The position numbers and the translations under genes were made by a program. 64,000 nucleotides of DNA from Patescibacteria group bacterium. GTDB lineage: Bacteria; Patescibacteriota; Minisyncoccia; Phycocordibacterales; EsbW-18. Every line of letters begins with the position of its first letter. Position 1 is the stretch's first letter. The DNA is taken from positions 111,086 through 175,085 of the forward strand of contig JBBTTA010000001.1 in assembly GCA_038064475.1 (NCBI GenBank), read 5' to 3'. This document shows, piece after piece, positions 25,458-35,612 of the stretch. The notes below the pieces were generated by a model. That model did not search any database. It was not told the origin of the DNA and worked only from the letters and a program-made list of their open reading frames with translations.

Positions 25458-27158
25458 TTACGAATGTAGGTGTTTGGGCGCGTACTCAAGACTTCCCCTC
25501 ACCTTTTTCCCTGGGTTGAATATACCTTTCGGATCAAAAATATTCTTTGTTTGTTCAAAAAGTTTATACATGTCGTCTCCGAATTGCTGACGCAAGAATG
25601 GTGTTCGGATAATGCCATCGTTGTGCTCCCCCGACGCGGAACCTTTGTATGAAAAAACGAGGTTATATACTTTTTGAGCAATTTCAGGAATTACCTTGCG
25701 TACGTTTTCATCGGAAAGATTCATGAGCGGTATGATATGAAAATTTCCGTTTCCGATATGTCCTGCAATATTGTGAATCATGTAGTCGTTGTACTCATTT
25801 AAGATAGCGTACAGTTTTGGCAAAAACTCAGACAGCACACGTGGTGGCACCACAATATCGTCAATAAACGGCGCTGTCGAAACATGCTTTGATTTGTGGC
25901 GGAGCAAATTGAATGATTCGCGTCGAATAAGCCAATACTCTTCCATCTCTTTCTTATTCTTGAGTATCTCAACATAGCGCGGCTTAAACATCGCTAGTTC
26001 TTTTGCAAGCATTTCCGCTTTTTTCTTCAAGAGCACTGGGTCTTTGCCATCAAACGTAATCTGTAAAACCAATTTTGGAAGACCATGGCGAGCTATAGAA
26101 AGTGCCTCTGGAATACTTCCTTTCAAAAGCGTAAAAATATTTTTGAAACCAAGACGCTTCACAAACTGCACAAAGAACCTCAATGCAAGGCGAAGTGTTT
26201 TATCGTCGTACGATTCAAATGTTGTTGGTGTGTGTGCAAGTACTGTTTTGACAAGTTCCCCCAACCCTTCAAACGAATCCAAAAAGAGAATCATCATTTG
26301 CGAATGTGGATCAGGCGGGACGAGATCAAATGTAATCTCGGTGATAATACCGAGCGTTCCTTGTGAGCCCGTAAAAAGACGTGTGAGGTCAAGTGTTTCT
26401 TTGTGCGGGTCATACACATCCCATAGTGCATATCCTGAAGAGTTTTTGGTTACCTGTGGACGGGCATCTTGAATTATCTGCTGATTGTTCTTCACTAATG
26501 CATACATACGGCGATAGAGATCCCCTTCAAAGTCTTTCTGCAGGAGTTTCTGTTCAAGTGCCTCATGCGAAAGTTTTCCAAATGTGTATTCGTTACCATC
26601 AGAAAGCACAACCCTAAGCTCACGAATATAGTCGGCTGTCTTTCCGTACGCAAGCGTCAATTCCCCTCCTGCATTATTCGCCACCATGCCACCCACTGTG
26701 CACAATTCGCGAGATGCGGGGTATGACGGCATCAGGAGTCCACGCTTCATACTCTCGCGGTCAAAATCACGAAAAAACACCCCCGGTTCAACGGTACCTG
26801 TTGTTTGTGTAAATCCTTTGATATGCGAAAAGTATTTCGTCATATCAAGAACAATGCTTTCAGACAATGCCCCACCATCCATACCCGTGCCACCCGAGCG
26901 CGCGGTCAAGGACCACCCTTCGTGTTCTCCGACCGCACGTACAATCGTCGTGATATCCGACACGTTTTTTGGAACAATCACAGCCAAAGGTTTCAGTTCA
27001 AAAAGGGATGTGTCACGGCTCGCCGAACGAAGCGTGGCCTCGTCGGTGGTAATATCACCTGTAATACGTGACGAAAGCGTTTTGAGGAACTCATCCATAA
27101 CTTCGTCTAGTATAGCGTGTTTTTGTCCCGTTTGAGCCTGTGTGTGGACAGAAACCAC
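25458..27158 (-). CDS. FAD-linked oxidase (D-lactate dehydrogenase / GlcD-like)
   Basis: It has an FAD-binding PCMH domain (SGGTGMDGGALSESIVLD) and a C-terminal oxidase domain. The exact start is uncertain. Confidence 0.8.
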   Translation of the reverse strand: MVSVHTQAQTGQKHAILDEVMDEFLKTLSSRITGDITTDEATLRSASRDTSLFELKPLAVIVPKNVSDITTIVRAVGEHEGWSLTARSGGTGMDGGALSESIVLDMTKYFSHIKGFTQTTGTVEPGVFFRDFDRESMKRGLLMPSYPASRELCTVGGMVANNAGGELTLAYGKTADYIRELRVVLSDGNEYTFGKLSHEALEQKLLQKDFEGDLYRRMYALVKNNQQIIQDARPQVTKNSSGYALWDVYDPHKETLDLTRLFTGSQGTLGIITEITFDLVPPDPHSQMMILFLDSFEGLGELVKTVLAHTPTTFESYDDKTLRLALRFFVQFVKRLGFKNIFTLLKGSIPEALSIARHGLPKLVLQITFDGKDPVLLKKKAEMLAKELAMFKPRYVEILKNKKEMEEYWLIRRESFNLLRHKSKHVSTAPFIDDIVVPPRVLSEFLPKLYAILNEYNDYMIHNIAGHIGNGNFHIIPLMNLSDENVRKVIPEIAQKVYNLVFSYKGSASGEHNDGIIRTPFLRQQFGDDMYKLFEQTKNIFDPKGIFNPGKKVRGSLEYAPKHLHS

Positions 27159-27186
27159 TCAAACGTGCTACTATCCTTGAGCATAT

Positions 27187-27405
27187 ATGCAGAGTATTCC
27201 TGTCATACAGATAGTACTTTCGGTTCTCTTGATCGTACTCATCCTCATGCAGCAGTCAGAAGGCGGCATGGGCAATATGTTTGGTGGTGATGATGCGGGT
27301 AACCTCCGCCGCACACGACGCGGTCCTGAACGGGCCATCTTCATTGCTACAGTCATGGTAGCGATACTCTTTGCGGTAACATCACTTCTTGCACTTCTCT
27401 ACTAG
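27187..27405 (+). CDS. secG: preprotein translocase subunit SecG
   Basis: 72 aa with two TM helices and MQQSEGGMGNMFGG in the loop, which is typical of SecG. Confidence 0.75.
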   Translation: MQSIPVIQIVLSVLLIVLILMQQSEGGMGNMFGGDDAGNLRRTRRGPERAIFIATVMVAILFAVTSLLALLY

Positions 27406-27431
27406 AGACAATCTCTCAAACACGCCCCTGC

Positions 27432-29153
27432 GTGTTTTCTTGTATGGATATCCAAACACACGGTATATCAAGCACTGATTCTCCTACGCGAAACGTATGG
27501 GGTAATTCCACATTTCTTGAGCGCGTCCTTTTGCTTTGTCTCTCAGCTATTGTTGTTGTCAGCGGTTACATATTCTTTTCACACCTCACGACACGCCTAA
27601 CTCTTGAACAACCCTCACGCGGTGGTTCATTCACTGAGGGTATTGTCGGCACACCACGTTTTATCAATCCGCTCCTCGCACAATCACAAGCCGACCAAGA
27701 TTTGAGCATACTTTTGTTTTCGGGTTTGATGCGTGCTTTGCCTGACGGCACACTTGTTCCTGACCTCGCTCGTGACTTTACGGTGTCCGAAGACGGAACC
27801 CAGTACACATTCATGCTTGATAGAGATGCCGTTTTCCACGATGGCACAGCGATCACTGCCGATGACGTTGTCTTTACCATTACACGAGCACACGATCCAG
27901 CATTGCAAAGCCCTCAGGAAGACGTGTGGACGGGTATCGGTGTTGAAGCATTAAATGAGCGAACAGTCACCTTCACCCTGTCACGTGCATACGCATCATT
28001 CCTTGAAAACCTTACGATTGGTATTTTGCCCGCACACCTTTGGGAGAGCACGCCCCCTGAAGAGTTTTCCGCACACATTTTGAACACTGAACCTGTTGGT
28101 AGTGGTCCGTACAAACTAGCATCAGTGAAACGAAATACATCAGGTATTCCTACAAGCTACATCTTGAGTGCATTTAATGATTCAACACGCGGCCGACCAC
28201 ATATCAATGAAATCATTATTCGCATTTTTGGAAATGAAAAAGATGTCCTAAGTGCATTTCTCGATAATGATATCGACAGTCTTGATGGACTTGACCCGAT
28301 TGATGCAAAAACGCTTACAGACAACGGTGCCCTTGTCAGTCAATATGATCTTCCTCGGGTATTTGGTCTGTTCTTCAACCAAAATAAAAATGACACGCTC
28401 ACGAGCATTTCAGTTCGTCGTGCACTCAACGCCGCGATTGATAAAGAAGTAATCGTTGAGGAGGTACTCAACGGTTTTGGTGAAGCACTCTACTCGCCTC
28501 TTCCAACAAATCTCTTTGCCGCATCAACAACAAACGTTACTAACCATACAGAAGAGGCACGGGGTATTCTCGAACGCGCAGGGTTTGTACTGAATGAAGA
28601 GACAGGATTTTTTGAGGATGACGACATTCCACTCTCCGTTCATATCGCAACAGCAAATTCACCTGAACTTCGCACCGTCGCCGATATGGTAAAAGACGCG
28701 TGGGAGAAGGCTGGTATTGAAACAACAGTCGAACTTTTTGATATTGGCCAACTCCACCATGAGGTAATCCGCCCACGCTCGTACGATGTACTTTTGTTTG
28801 GTGAAGTGGTTGGCCGTGATGGCGATCTCTATCCATTTTGGCATTCATCACAACGCAACGACCCTGGGCTCAACGTTGCCCTCTATGCAAGCATTACCGC
28901 CGATGCTATACTCGAGGACATCAGAGCAACCCTTGATTCGGCTACGCGAGAGGAACTCTACACGTCCTTCGTGGACGAGATAGAGTCAGATGTGCCCGCG
29001 GTATTTCTGTATATGCCGCACCTTCTCTATGTTGCTCCAAAAAATGTGTCTGGTATGACTATTGGAGTCGTCCACACAGGAGCTGAAAGATTCTTGGATG
29101 TTCATGAATGGTATGTGCGTACTGAACGTGTTTGGAAATTCCTTTCACACTAA
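27432..29153 (+). CDS. ABC transporter substrate-binding protein, family 5 (peptide/nickel type), membrane-anchored
   Basis: 573 aa with an N-terminal TM helix. It shows the family 5 SBP fold, but I recognised no specific signature motif. Confidence 0.7.
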   Translation: MFSCMDIQTHGISSTDSPTRNVWGNSTFLERVLLLCLSAIVVVSGYIFFSHLTTRLTLEQPSRGGSFTEGIVGTPRFINPLLAQSQADQDLSILLFSGLMRALPDGTLVPDLARDFTVSEDGTQYTFMLDRDAVFHDGTAITADDVVFTITRAHDPALQSPQEDVWTGIGVEALNERTVTFTLSRAYASFLENLTIGILPAHLWESTPPEEFSAHILNTEPVGSGPYKLASVKRNTSGIPTSYILSAFNDSTRGRPHINEIIIRIFGNEKDVLSAFLDNDIDSLDGLDPIDAKTLTDNGALVSQYDLPRVFGLFFNQNKNDTLTSISVRRALNAAIDKEVIVEEVLNGFGEALYSPLPTNLFAASTTNVTNHTEEARGILERAGFVLNEETGFFEDDDIPLSVHIATANSPELRTVADMVKDAWEKAGIETTVELFDIGQLHHEVIRPRSYDVLLFGEVVGRDGDLYPFWHSSQRNDPGLNVALYASITADAILEDIRATLDSATREELYTSFVDEIESDVPAVFLYMPHLLYVAPKNVSGMTIGVVHTGAERFLDVHEWYVRTERVWKFLSH

Positions 29154-29180
29154 TTTTTAATCGTTTATCTCTTTGCCGCA

Positions 29181-31208
29181 GTGCGGCACTCTATGCAGAA
29201 AAGTACATCAGAGGGTTCTACAGAACGAACTCATTCATCACCCATCGGAGACAATCGTCCTCGCCGACGCCCCTTTAGCGCAACAGGCGGTAGCGGGCGT
29301 CCTCACTCAAGTCACGCAAGTCACACATCTTCCGCAGTTGGTGACCGTCGATCAACAAGCGACCCACGTGGAAGCGGTTCTCGTCCTACCGGCACTCGCC
29401 CAAGTGGCGGTCGTAGTGGTGGTTCGCGTATGGGTAGTGGCGGTCGTAGTGGTGGTCGTATGCGCCCTCCAAAGCACACACGTCAGAATCACATCGTGTC
29501 ATCAGTACCACGCCGAAGCAATGTTATTCCTCCTCCGGGAGAAGGCGTGCTTCGTGTGATTCCCCTCGGTGGTGTGGAAGAAATCGGAAAGAACATGACA
29601 GCGATCGAATATGGTGATGACATCATCATTATCGATGCGGGTTTTCAGTTCAGTGAAGTTGAAACTCCTGGTATCGACTACATTCTTCCCGATACTACCT
29701 ACCTCAAAGAACGCAAAGAAAAAATTCGTGCGCTTTTCATTACACACGGTCACTTTGACCACATCGGCGCAATTCCCTATCTCATGAATGACCTCGGCAA
29801 TCCACCGATTTACTCTCGTCAGTTCGGAGCTCTCTTGATACAAAAGCGTCAAGCAGAATTCCCTGACACACCACAACTAAATATTCGTGTTATCCGCGGT
29901 GATGAGAAAATTCAGATTGGTACAAACTTTGTTATTGGTACCTTCTCTATCTCACACGCAATTCCAGACTCAATGGGTCTTATTATCGACACACCACAAG
30001 GCACTATTGCGTTTATTGAAGACGTTCGTGTAGACCATGTCGATGGTGTTGCGACAGCTGGAGAAATCGATCACTACAAGGGTCTCAAAGAAAAGAAAGT
30101 ACTTCTCTTCACCCTCGACTCAACATCAATTGAAAAACCAGGGTTCTCAACTCCTGAATCAAAAGCTGTTGAAACAATTGAAAAGATTATGAAAGACGTT
30201 CCGGGACGTCTCATCATTGGAACATTTGCCTCACAAGTTGAACGTGTTATTCAGATTATCAATGCCGCAGATCACTACAATAAAAAAGTAGTCATTGATG
30301 GTCGCAGTATGAAGACAAACATTGAAATCGTAAAAGAGCTAAAGCTCTTGAAGCACGACAATATCGTTCCGATTGAAGAAATGGATAGCTACCCTCCAAA
30401 TAAAATTGTGGTCATGGCAACAGGTGCGCAGGGTGAGGAATATTCTGTATTCGATCGTATTGCAAACAAGTCACATAAATACATCACCCTCAACAAAAGC
30501 GATACAGTACTTTTCTCATCATCAGTTATTCCAGGAAATGAAACCGCAATCACACGTCTCATGGACAACTTGTATCGCCAAGATGCAAAAGTGATTACGT
30601 ACATGGATTCTCCTGTCCACGCATCAGGACACGGTAGTCGCGGTGAATTGGAATGGATTCACAAACAGATGAACTACAAATACTTCATGCCCGTCCATGG
30701 TTTTCACTACAAACTCCGCATGCATGCTGAACTCGCAGAAGGACTTGGCGTGAAGCGTGAAAACATCATCATTCCTGATAACGGTTCTATCATTGAATTT
30801 TCAAACAACGGTGACACCATGCATGTTCGTAAGGAAAAAGCATCAAATGAACGCATCATGGTTGACGGTTTCTCAATCGGAGGCCAACAAGAAGTGGTTG
30901 TTCGCGACCGTCAGACTCTTGCTGAACAAGGTATCTTCATGATTGTCGTATCAGTCAATCCAAAGACGGGTAAACTCCGTAAATCACCTGACATTATTTC
31001 TCGTGGTTTTGTCTACCTCAAAGAACAGCAAGAACTCATCAATGGTGCCCGCTCGCTCGTTGCAAAAACGGTTGAACACACAACAAAAGGGATGCAACCG
31101 ATCAACTTTGATATCGTAAAGAACGTTGTAACTGACGAAGTACGTCGCTTCCTCTTCCAGAAGACAGCCAAGTCTCCCATCGTCATTCCTGTCGTCATCG
31201 GGGTATAA
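29181..31208 (+). CDS. rnj: ribonuclease J with an RG/RS-rich disordered N-terminal extension of about 110 aa
   Basis: It has the metallo-beta-lactamase HxHxDH motif (HGHFDHIGAIPYL) and a beta-CASP domain. The N-terminus is low-complexity and rich in R, G and S. Confidence 0.85.
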   Translation: MRHSMQKSTSEGSTERTHSSPIGDNRPRRRPFSATGGSGRPHSSHASHTSSAVGDRRSTSDPRGSGSRPTGTRPSGGRSGGSRMGSGGRSGGRMRPPKHTRQNHIVSSVPRRSNVIPPPGEGVLRVIPLGGVEEIGKNMTAIEYGDDIIIIDAGFQFSEVETPGIDYILPDTTYLKERKEKIRALFITHGHFDHIGAIPYLMNDLGNPPIYSRQFGALLIQKRQAEFPDTPQLNIRVIRGDEKIQIGTNFVIGTFSISHAIPDSMGLIIDTPQGTIAFIEDVRVDHVDGVATAGEIDHYKGLKEKKVLLFTLDSTSIEKPGFSTPESKAVETIEKIMKDVPGRLIIGTFASQVERVIQIINAADHYNKKVVIDGRSMKTNIEIVKELKLLKHDNIVPIEEMDSYPPNKIVVMATGAQGEEYSVFDRIANKSHKYITLNKSDTVLFSSSVIPGNETAITRLMDNLYRQDAKVITYMDSPVHASGHGSRGELEWIHKQMNYKYFMPVHGFHYKLRMHAELAEGLGVKRENIIIPDNGSIIEFSNNGDTMHVRKEKASNERIMVDGFSIGGQQEVVVRDRQTLAEQGIFMIVVSVNPKTGKLRKSPDIISRGFVYLKEQQELINGARSLVAKTVEHTTKGMQPINFDIVKNVVTDEVRRFLFQKTAKSPIVIPVVIGV

Positions 31209-31217
31209 TAGAACCCT

Positions 31218-32375
31218 ATGCAACCGAAGCATCTTCGCCGAATCACGTATGCGTTCGCGTTTTTTGTGACACTTCATGTAGCGCTCATCACCTACATCAA
31301 TTCGAATGCCCTCGCCCGCATTGTAGGACAAAATCATGTGGATATAGTGTATACGGGAGGATTTTTGATTGCCCTTGTCTTTCTTCTCGTCTTGCCACGC
31401 CTCCTTCGAAATAACGGGGATGTAAGAACGACACTTGCACTCATAGTGCTTCAGATAGGTACACTGTGTGGACTTGCGTTCTTCCCCGCTTCCCCACTAT
31501 TTGTCTTTTTTTTCCTGATACAACTCATTATTCCACCTCTTTTGTATCTCGATATCGATGTCTTCCTCGAACATGCAACGAAAGACGAAACCACAGGAAG
31601 AACCCGCGGGGCATTTCTCACGTTTCTTAATGTCGCATTCCTCATTTCACCTCTCATCACGGGATTTGTACTCGGTCAGGGAGAAGTGTATTCATTGGTA
31701 TATCTTCTTTCGGCAGGAGTACTCCTTCCTGCGCTTGCCCTTATTCTAGTTGCATTCAAACATTTTAAAGACCCCCCCTATCGCCACATAGAGATTGTCG
31801 ATGGTATTCGTAAGGTCGTGGCTTCAAAAAACCTTCGAGGTATATTCATTTCAAATTTCCTGTTGCGCTGTTTCTTCGCAGTCATGACTATCTTCATGCC
31901 ACTCTATCTTCACAGCGAGCTCCAGTTGCCGTGGATTACGATTGGAGGCCTCTTTACCGTAATGCTTCTTCCTTTTGTCTTGTTTGAGTATCCCCTTGGA
32001 CGCCTTGCCGATACACGTTTTGGCGAGAAGGAAATCCTTGCGTGTGGATTCTTTGTTATGGCATCTGCAACCGCACTCATCCCCTTTATTCCTGCTTCTG
32101 CACTCGTGCTCCTGAGCATAACGCTCTTCATGACGCGTGTCGGTGCAAGTGCTCTTGAGAGTATGAATGATACGTTTTTTTTCAAACATGTCAGCGAGAC
32201 GGACACAGAAACGATTGCCCTGTTCCGTATGTTTGAGCCACTCTCCTACATCATTGCGCCGCTTTTGGCTGGACTTGTCCTCGTTTTCATTGATATCCGC
32301 TTTATTTTCCTTGTTCTCGGTGCTGTAATGACTCTTGGCATACCTGTTGCACTCGGTCTTCGTGATACTCGCTAG
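31218..32375 (+). CDS. MFS transporter
   Basis: 385 aa with about 12 predicted TM helices, typical of MFS topology. Confidence 0.7.
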   Translation: MQPKHLRRITYAFAFFVTLHVALITYINSNALARIVGQNHVDIVYTGGFLIALVFLLVLPRLLRNNGDVRTTLALIVLQIGTLCGLAFFPASPLFVFFFLIQLIIPPLLYLDIDVFLEHATKDETTGRTRGAFLTFLNVAFLISPLITGFVLGQGEVYSLVYLLSAGVLLPALALILVAFKHFKDPPYRHIEIVDGIRKVVASKNLRGIFISNFLLRCFFAVMTIFMPLYLHSELQLPWITIGGLFTVMLLPFVLFEYPLGRLADTRFGEKEILACGFFVMASATALIPFIPASALVLLSITLFMTRVGASALESMNDTFFFKHVSETDTETIALFRMFEPLSYIIAPLLAGLVLVFIDIRFIFLVLGAVMTLGIPVALGLRDTR

Positions 32376-32420
32376 TTGTACACGGAAGAATATGTTCGGT
32401 ACAATAGTGGGGCTTATTGA

Positions 32421-32720
32421 ATGGTAATTTTTCTCATGGATCACAACGCACAAAAACAAGTCACGATTTACTCAACACCAACATGTCATTTTTGTCACAT
32501 GGCAAAAGACTATTTTGGAGCACACAACATCGCCTTCACTGATTACAATGTTGGCGAAAATATGGAAAAGCGAGCTGAAATGGTCGCAAAAAGCGGACAA
32601 CTAGGCGTGCCTGTTATTGTGGTGACTGATCCAGACATTCCCGAAGGAGGAGAAGGACGCGACCATATCGTGATTGGATTTGACGAAGAGTATCTTGCAA
32701 ATCTTCTCGGAACAAATTAA
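32421..32720 (+). CDS. glutaredoxin-like / NrdH-like thiol-disulfide oxidoreductase
   Basis: It has a CHFC active site in VTIYSTPTCHFCHMAKDYF and a thioredoxin fold. Confidence 0.7.
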   Translation: MVIFLMDHNAQKQVTIYSTPTCHFCHMAKDYFGAHNIAFTDYNVGENMEKRAEMVAKSGQLGVPVIVVTDPDIPEGGEGRDHIVIGFDEEYLANLLGTN

Positions 32721-32746
32721 AAAAGAGGCCAGAGGCCTCTTTTTTG
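32721..32746. terminator. bidirectional rho-independent terminator
   Basis: The hairpin agaggcc-aga-ggcctct is flanked by aaaa and tttttt. Confidence 0.75.
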
Positions 32747-32757
32747 TTACAGAACCT

Positions 32758-33642
32758 CTATTGCAGTGGCAAGATTCGTGCGAGTGACTCCACACGACCG
32801 GTGTACACCAGTGTTGGAATACCAAGAAAACAATCGTTCTTCACATCGATCGCCGCGCCACCAGAATTTCCTCTCTCGATTTTGGCTGATGTGATGTAGT
32901 GGTCCGTATCAATTCCAGAAATAATTCCTTCCGTTGCAGTGATTGATTCTTTTGAACCAATTCCTGGATAACCGAGGATGACAACGCTATCCCCAATCAC
33001 AGGGCGTTCGGTACACACTTTCCACGGCAACACACCAAGTGTGGCTTCAGGTACAGGTGCTTCTGCAATATCTTTTCCTTCTTCGAGCACTATATCGTCC
33101 CCATCGATTTCGTACTCAGTATCATTATCAAAACGCTTCAGAAGACATTCCTCTGCCCTAATCACTTCTTCAGTCACCACATGTTTGTTCGTCATCATAC
33201 GAACCCCCGTTTCTTCGCGTATAAGCGTTGCTGACCCTCGTCCCGTTCTATCAACACCCTCTGCATCTTCAAACTGACATTCGACGACATACACATACGG
33301 GCTCCACGATGCAACAAGTCCTGCAATATTCGAGTCATCTTTAAGTGTTGTTAGGTTTTCTGAGAGAGCACCAAGCTCATCGGCAAGTTTCTTCGCCTCT
33401 GCGTCACGAAGTGCGGCGCTTTCTCCCATCTCCTCAAAGACAGTACGGAGTATATCTGTGTCCCCCGCAACTCCTGCAATCTCCTCTGATAAAGCCCCAA
33501 AGCGGTCGCTTATATTTTGAGAAAGGGCACGCTGTGCGCGGTATAAAGAAATAACACCGTAGCCCAACGCGATTGAAACAAGGAGCAAAAAAGCGCACAC
33601 ACTCGCAAGAATCAACATATTCTGTTTCGTAAGCACACGCAT
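32758..33642 (-). CDS. trypsin-like serine protease (S1 family), membrane-anchored with a coiled-coil region
   Basis: It has a C-terminal GNSGGA catalytic-serine motif and TNKHVV around the catalytic histidine. Confidence 0.65.
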   Translation of the reverse strand: MRVLTKQNMLILASVCAFLLLVSIALGYGVISLYRAQRALSQNISDRFGALSEEIAGVAGDTDILRTVFEEMGESAALRDAEAKKLADELGALSENLTTLKDDSNIAGLVASWSPYVYVVECQFEDAEGVDRTGRGSATLIREETGVRMMTNKHVVTEEVIRAEECLLKRFDNDTEYEIDGDDIVLEEGKDIAEAPVPEATLGVLPWKVCTERPVIGDSVVILGYPGIGSKESITATEGIISGIDTDHYITSAKIERGNSGGAAIDVKNDCFLGIPTLVYTGRVESLARILPLQ

Positions 33643-33674
33643 AGCAACTATGATACCACAGCGTATATGAGGTT

Positions 33675-35465
33675 TTAGATGGCTCCTTCGCGTCGTGCTT
33701 TTGAGCGATCGTTTTCTGTCAAATATTGTTTTCGCAAACGAACGCTTTTTGGTGTAACCTCGAGAAACTCATCTTCTGCCATCCATTCAAGACCTCGTTC
33801 GATTGAAAGTATCATCGGTGGTACCAAATTCAACGCTTCGTCAGTTCCTGATGCGCGAACATTTGTGAGTTGTTTCCCCTTTGTTGGATTCGCCATCATC
33901 TCATCTCCCTTTGCTGTGTTACCAATAACCATACCTTCATACACTTCAGTTGCAGGGCCAATGTAGAGCGTGCCGCGATCCTGAAGGCCCCAGAGTGAGA
34001 AGCCGAGTGACTTACCTCCTGCCATAGAAATCATAGAACCGACAATGCGCTTTTTAATTTCTCCCGCCCATGGACGAAAGGCAATAAAACGTGAGGCAAG
34101 AATTCCCTCTCCACGCGTATCAACAACGAACTGGTTTCGATAGCCAAGCAAACCGCGTGTTGGACCTTCAAAAATAATGCGAACGTGCATGTCATGAACG
34201 TGCATGTTCTGCATGACAAAGCCACGCACACTAAGTCGTTCAATAATCGATCCCTGAAATTCAATAGGCGTATCAATAACGAGTTCTTCAAACGGTTCCA
34301 TCTTTACACCATTCTCTTCTTTGATGATAACTTTTGGCTGAGATACCTGAAGTTCAAATCCTTCACGACGCATAATATCGATAAGAACGGCAATGTGGAG
34401 TTCACCACGTCCGTAGACTTCAAACACATCTGGTTTTGGAAATTCAACGCGAAGCCCAACGTTCACTTCAAGCTCGCGCTCCAAACGCTCTCGGACTTGT
34501 CGCGACGTAACAAATTTTCCCTCTTTACCGGCAAAAGGCGAATTGTTCACGAGGAAGTTCAAAACGATTGTTGGTTCGTCAATTGCAATCGCAGGCAAGG
34601 GTGTTATTTCAGGATCCGATGTTACTGTTTCTCCAATGTAAATATCTGGTAGCCCTGCGATAAGCACGATGTCACCTGCACCTGCAGATGAAACATCAAT
34701 ACGTTCAAGTCCTTTAAAATTAAAAATCTTCGTAATTTTCCCTGTGCGCGCTTCCCCATTAGGCTTTTTTACCGTTACTGACTGACCAGCCGATACCGTG
34801 CCTTGATAAATTCTCCCAACAGCCATTCGTCCAAGAAAATTGTCGTATGCGAGATTGAATGGCTGAAGTGTAAATGGTCCATCAGTTCCTTCAGATGTTG
34901 GTTTAACATGTTCCAAAACAACATCAAGGAGTGGCATCAAATCTTTTGTCTCATCCTCTATGTTTCGTTTTGCAATACCATCACGTCCAATCGCATACAC
35001 AACAGGGAAATCAAGCTGTGCGTCGTTTGCTCCCAATTCCATAAAAAGCTCAAGGACCAAATCAACAGCATGTTTTGGATTTGCCGCAGGCTTATCAATT
35101 TTGTTGATGACGACAATTGGTTTCAAACCAAGCTCGAGTGACTTCTTCAAAACGAAACGTGTCTGTGGCATTGGTCCTTCCTGTGCGTCAACAACGAGGA
35201 GCACTGAATCAATTGAACGGAGTACGCGCTCTACTTCAGAACCGAAATCAGCATGTCCTGGTGTGTCCACAATATTGATACGTGTTCCTTTGTACTCAAC
35301 TGAACAGTTTTTTGCATAAATGGTAATACCACGCTCTTGTTCAAGCGTATTGGAGTCCATTGAGAAGCCTTCTTCCATTGCACCCGTCTGACGCAAAAGA
35401 GCGTCGGTAAGTGTCGTCTTACCGTGGTCCACGTGTGCAATGATGGCTATGTTTCGTATTTCCAT
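33675..35465 (-). CDS. typA: translational GTPase TypA/BipA
   Basis: The G1 motif is [13 protein letters not shown] and the DTPGHADF motif is present, with EF-G-like domains. The start is set at MEIRNIAII; the ORF-track start is a GTG 30 nt upstream. Confidence 0.9.
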   Translation of the reverse strand: MEIRNIAIIAHVDHGKTTLTDALLRQTGAMEEGFSMDSNTLEQERGITIYAKNCSVEYKGTRINIVDTPGHADFGSEVERVLRSIDSVLLVVDAQEGPMPQTRFVLKKSLELGLKPIVVINKIDKPAANPKHAVDLVLELFMELGANDAQLDFPVVYAIGRDGIAKRNIEDETKDLMPLLDVVLEHVKPTSEGTDGPFTLQPFNLAYDNFLGRMAVGRIYQGTVSAGQSVTVKKPNGEARTGKITKIFNFKGLERIDVSSAGAGDIVLIAGLPDIYIGETVTSDPEITPLPAIAIDEPTIVLNFLVNNSPFAGKEGKFVTSRQVRERLERELEVNVGLRVEFPKPDVFEVYGRGELHIAVLIDIMRREGFELQVSQPKVIIKEENGVKMEPFEELVIDTPIEFQGSIIERLSVRGFVMQNMHVHDMHVRIIFEGPTRGLLGYRNQFVVDTRGEGILASRFIAFRPWAGEIKKRIVGSMISMAGGKSLGFSLWGLQDRGTLYIGPATEVYEGMVIGNTAKGDEMMANPTKGKQLTNVRASGTDEALNLVPPMILSIERGLEWMAEDEFLEVTPKSVRLRKQYLTENDRSKARREGAI

Positions 35466-35574
35466 CCCGTTAGAAGTAGGCCGCGGCAAAGCCACTTTCT
35501 ACCTGATTATTTTGTAATTGCTTTGTTTTCATTTTTGTACCTATCTATATCTATTGGCCGCGACTTCTAACGGG
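35466..35574 (-). promoter_or_regulatory. bipA leader with a long inverted repeat and a 20-aa upstream ORF
   Basis: A perfect 12-bp inverted repeat (cccgttagaagt / acttctaacggg) with a GC-rich extension encloses about 85 nt. On the minus strand a uORF, MKTKQLQNNQVESGFAAAYF, occupies 35532..35470 and ends 4 nt before the bipA AUG. Confidence 0.35.
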
Positions 35575-35612
35575 ATCCATAACAAAAGTAAAACGCCCTT
35601 CGTCAAAAGATG

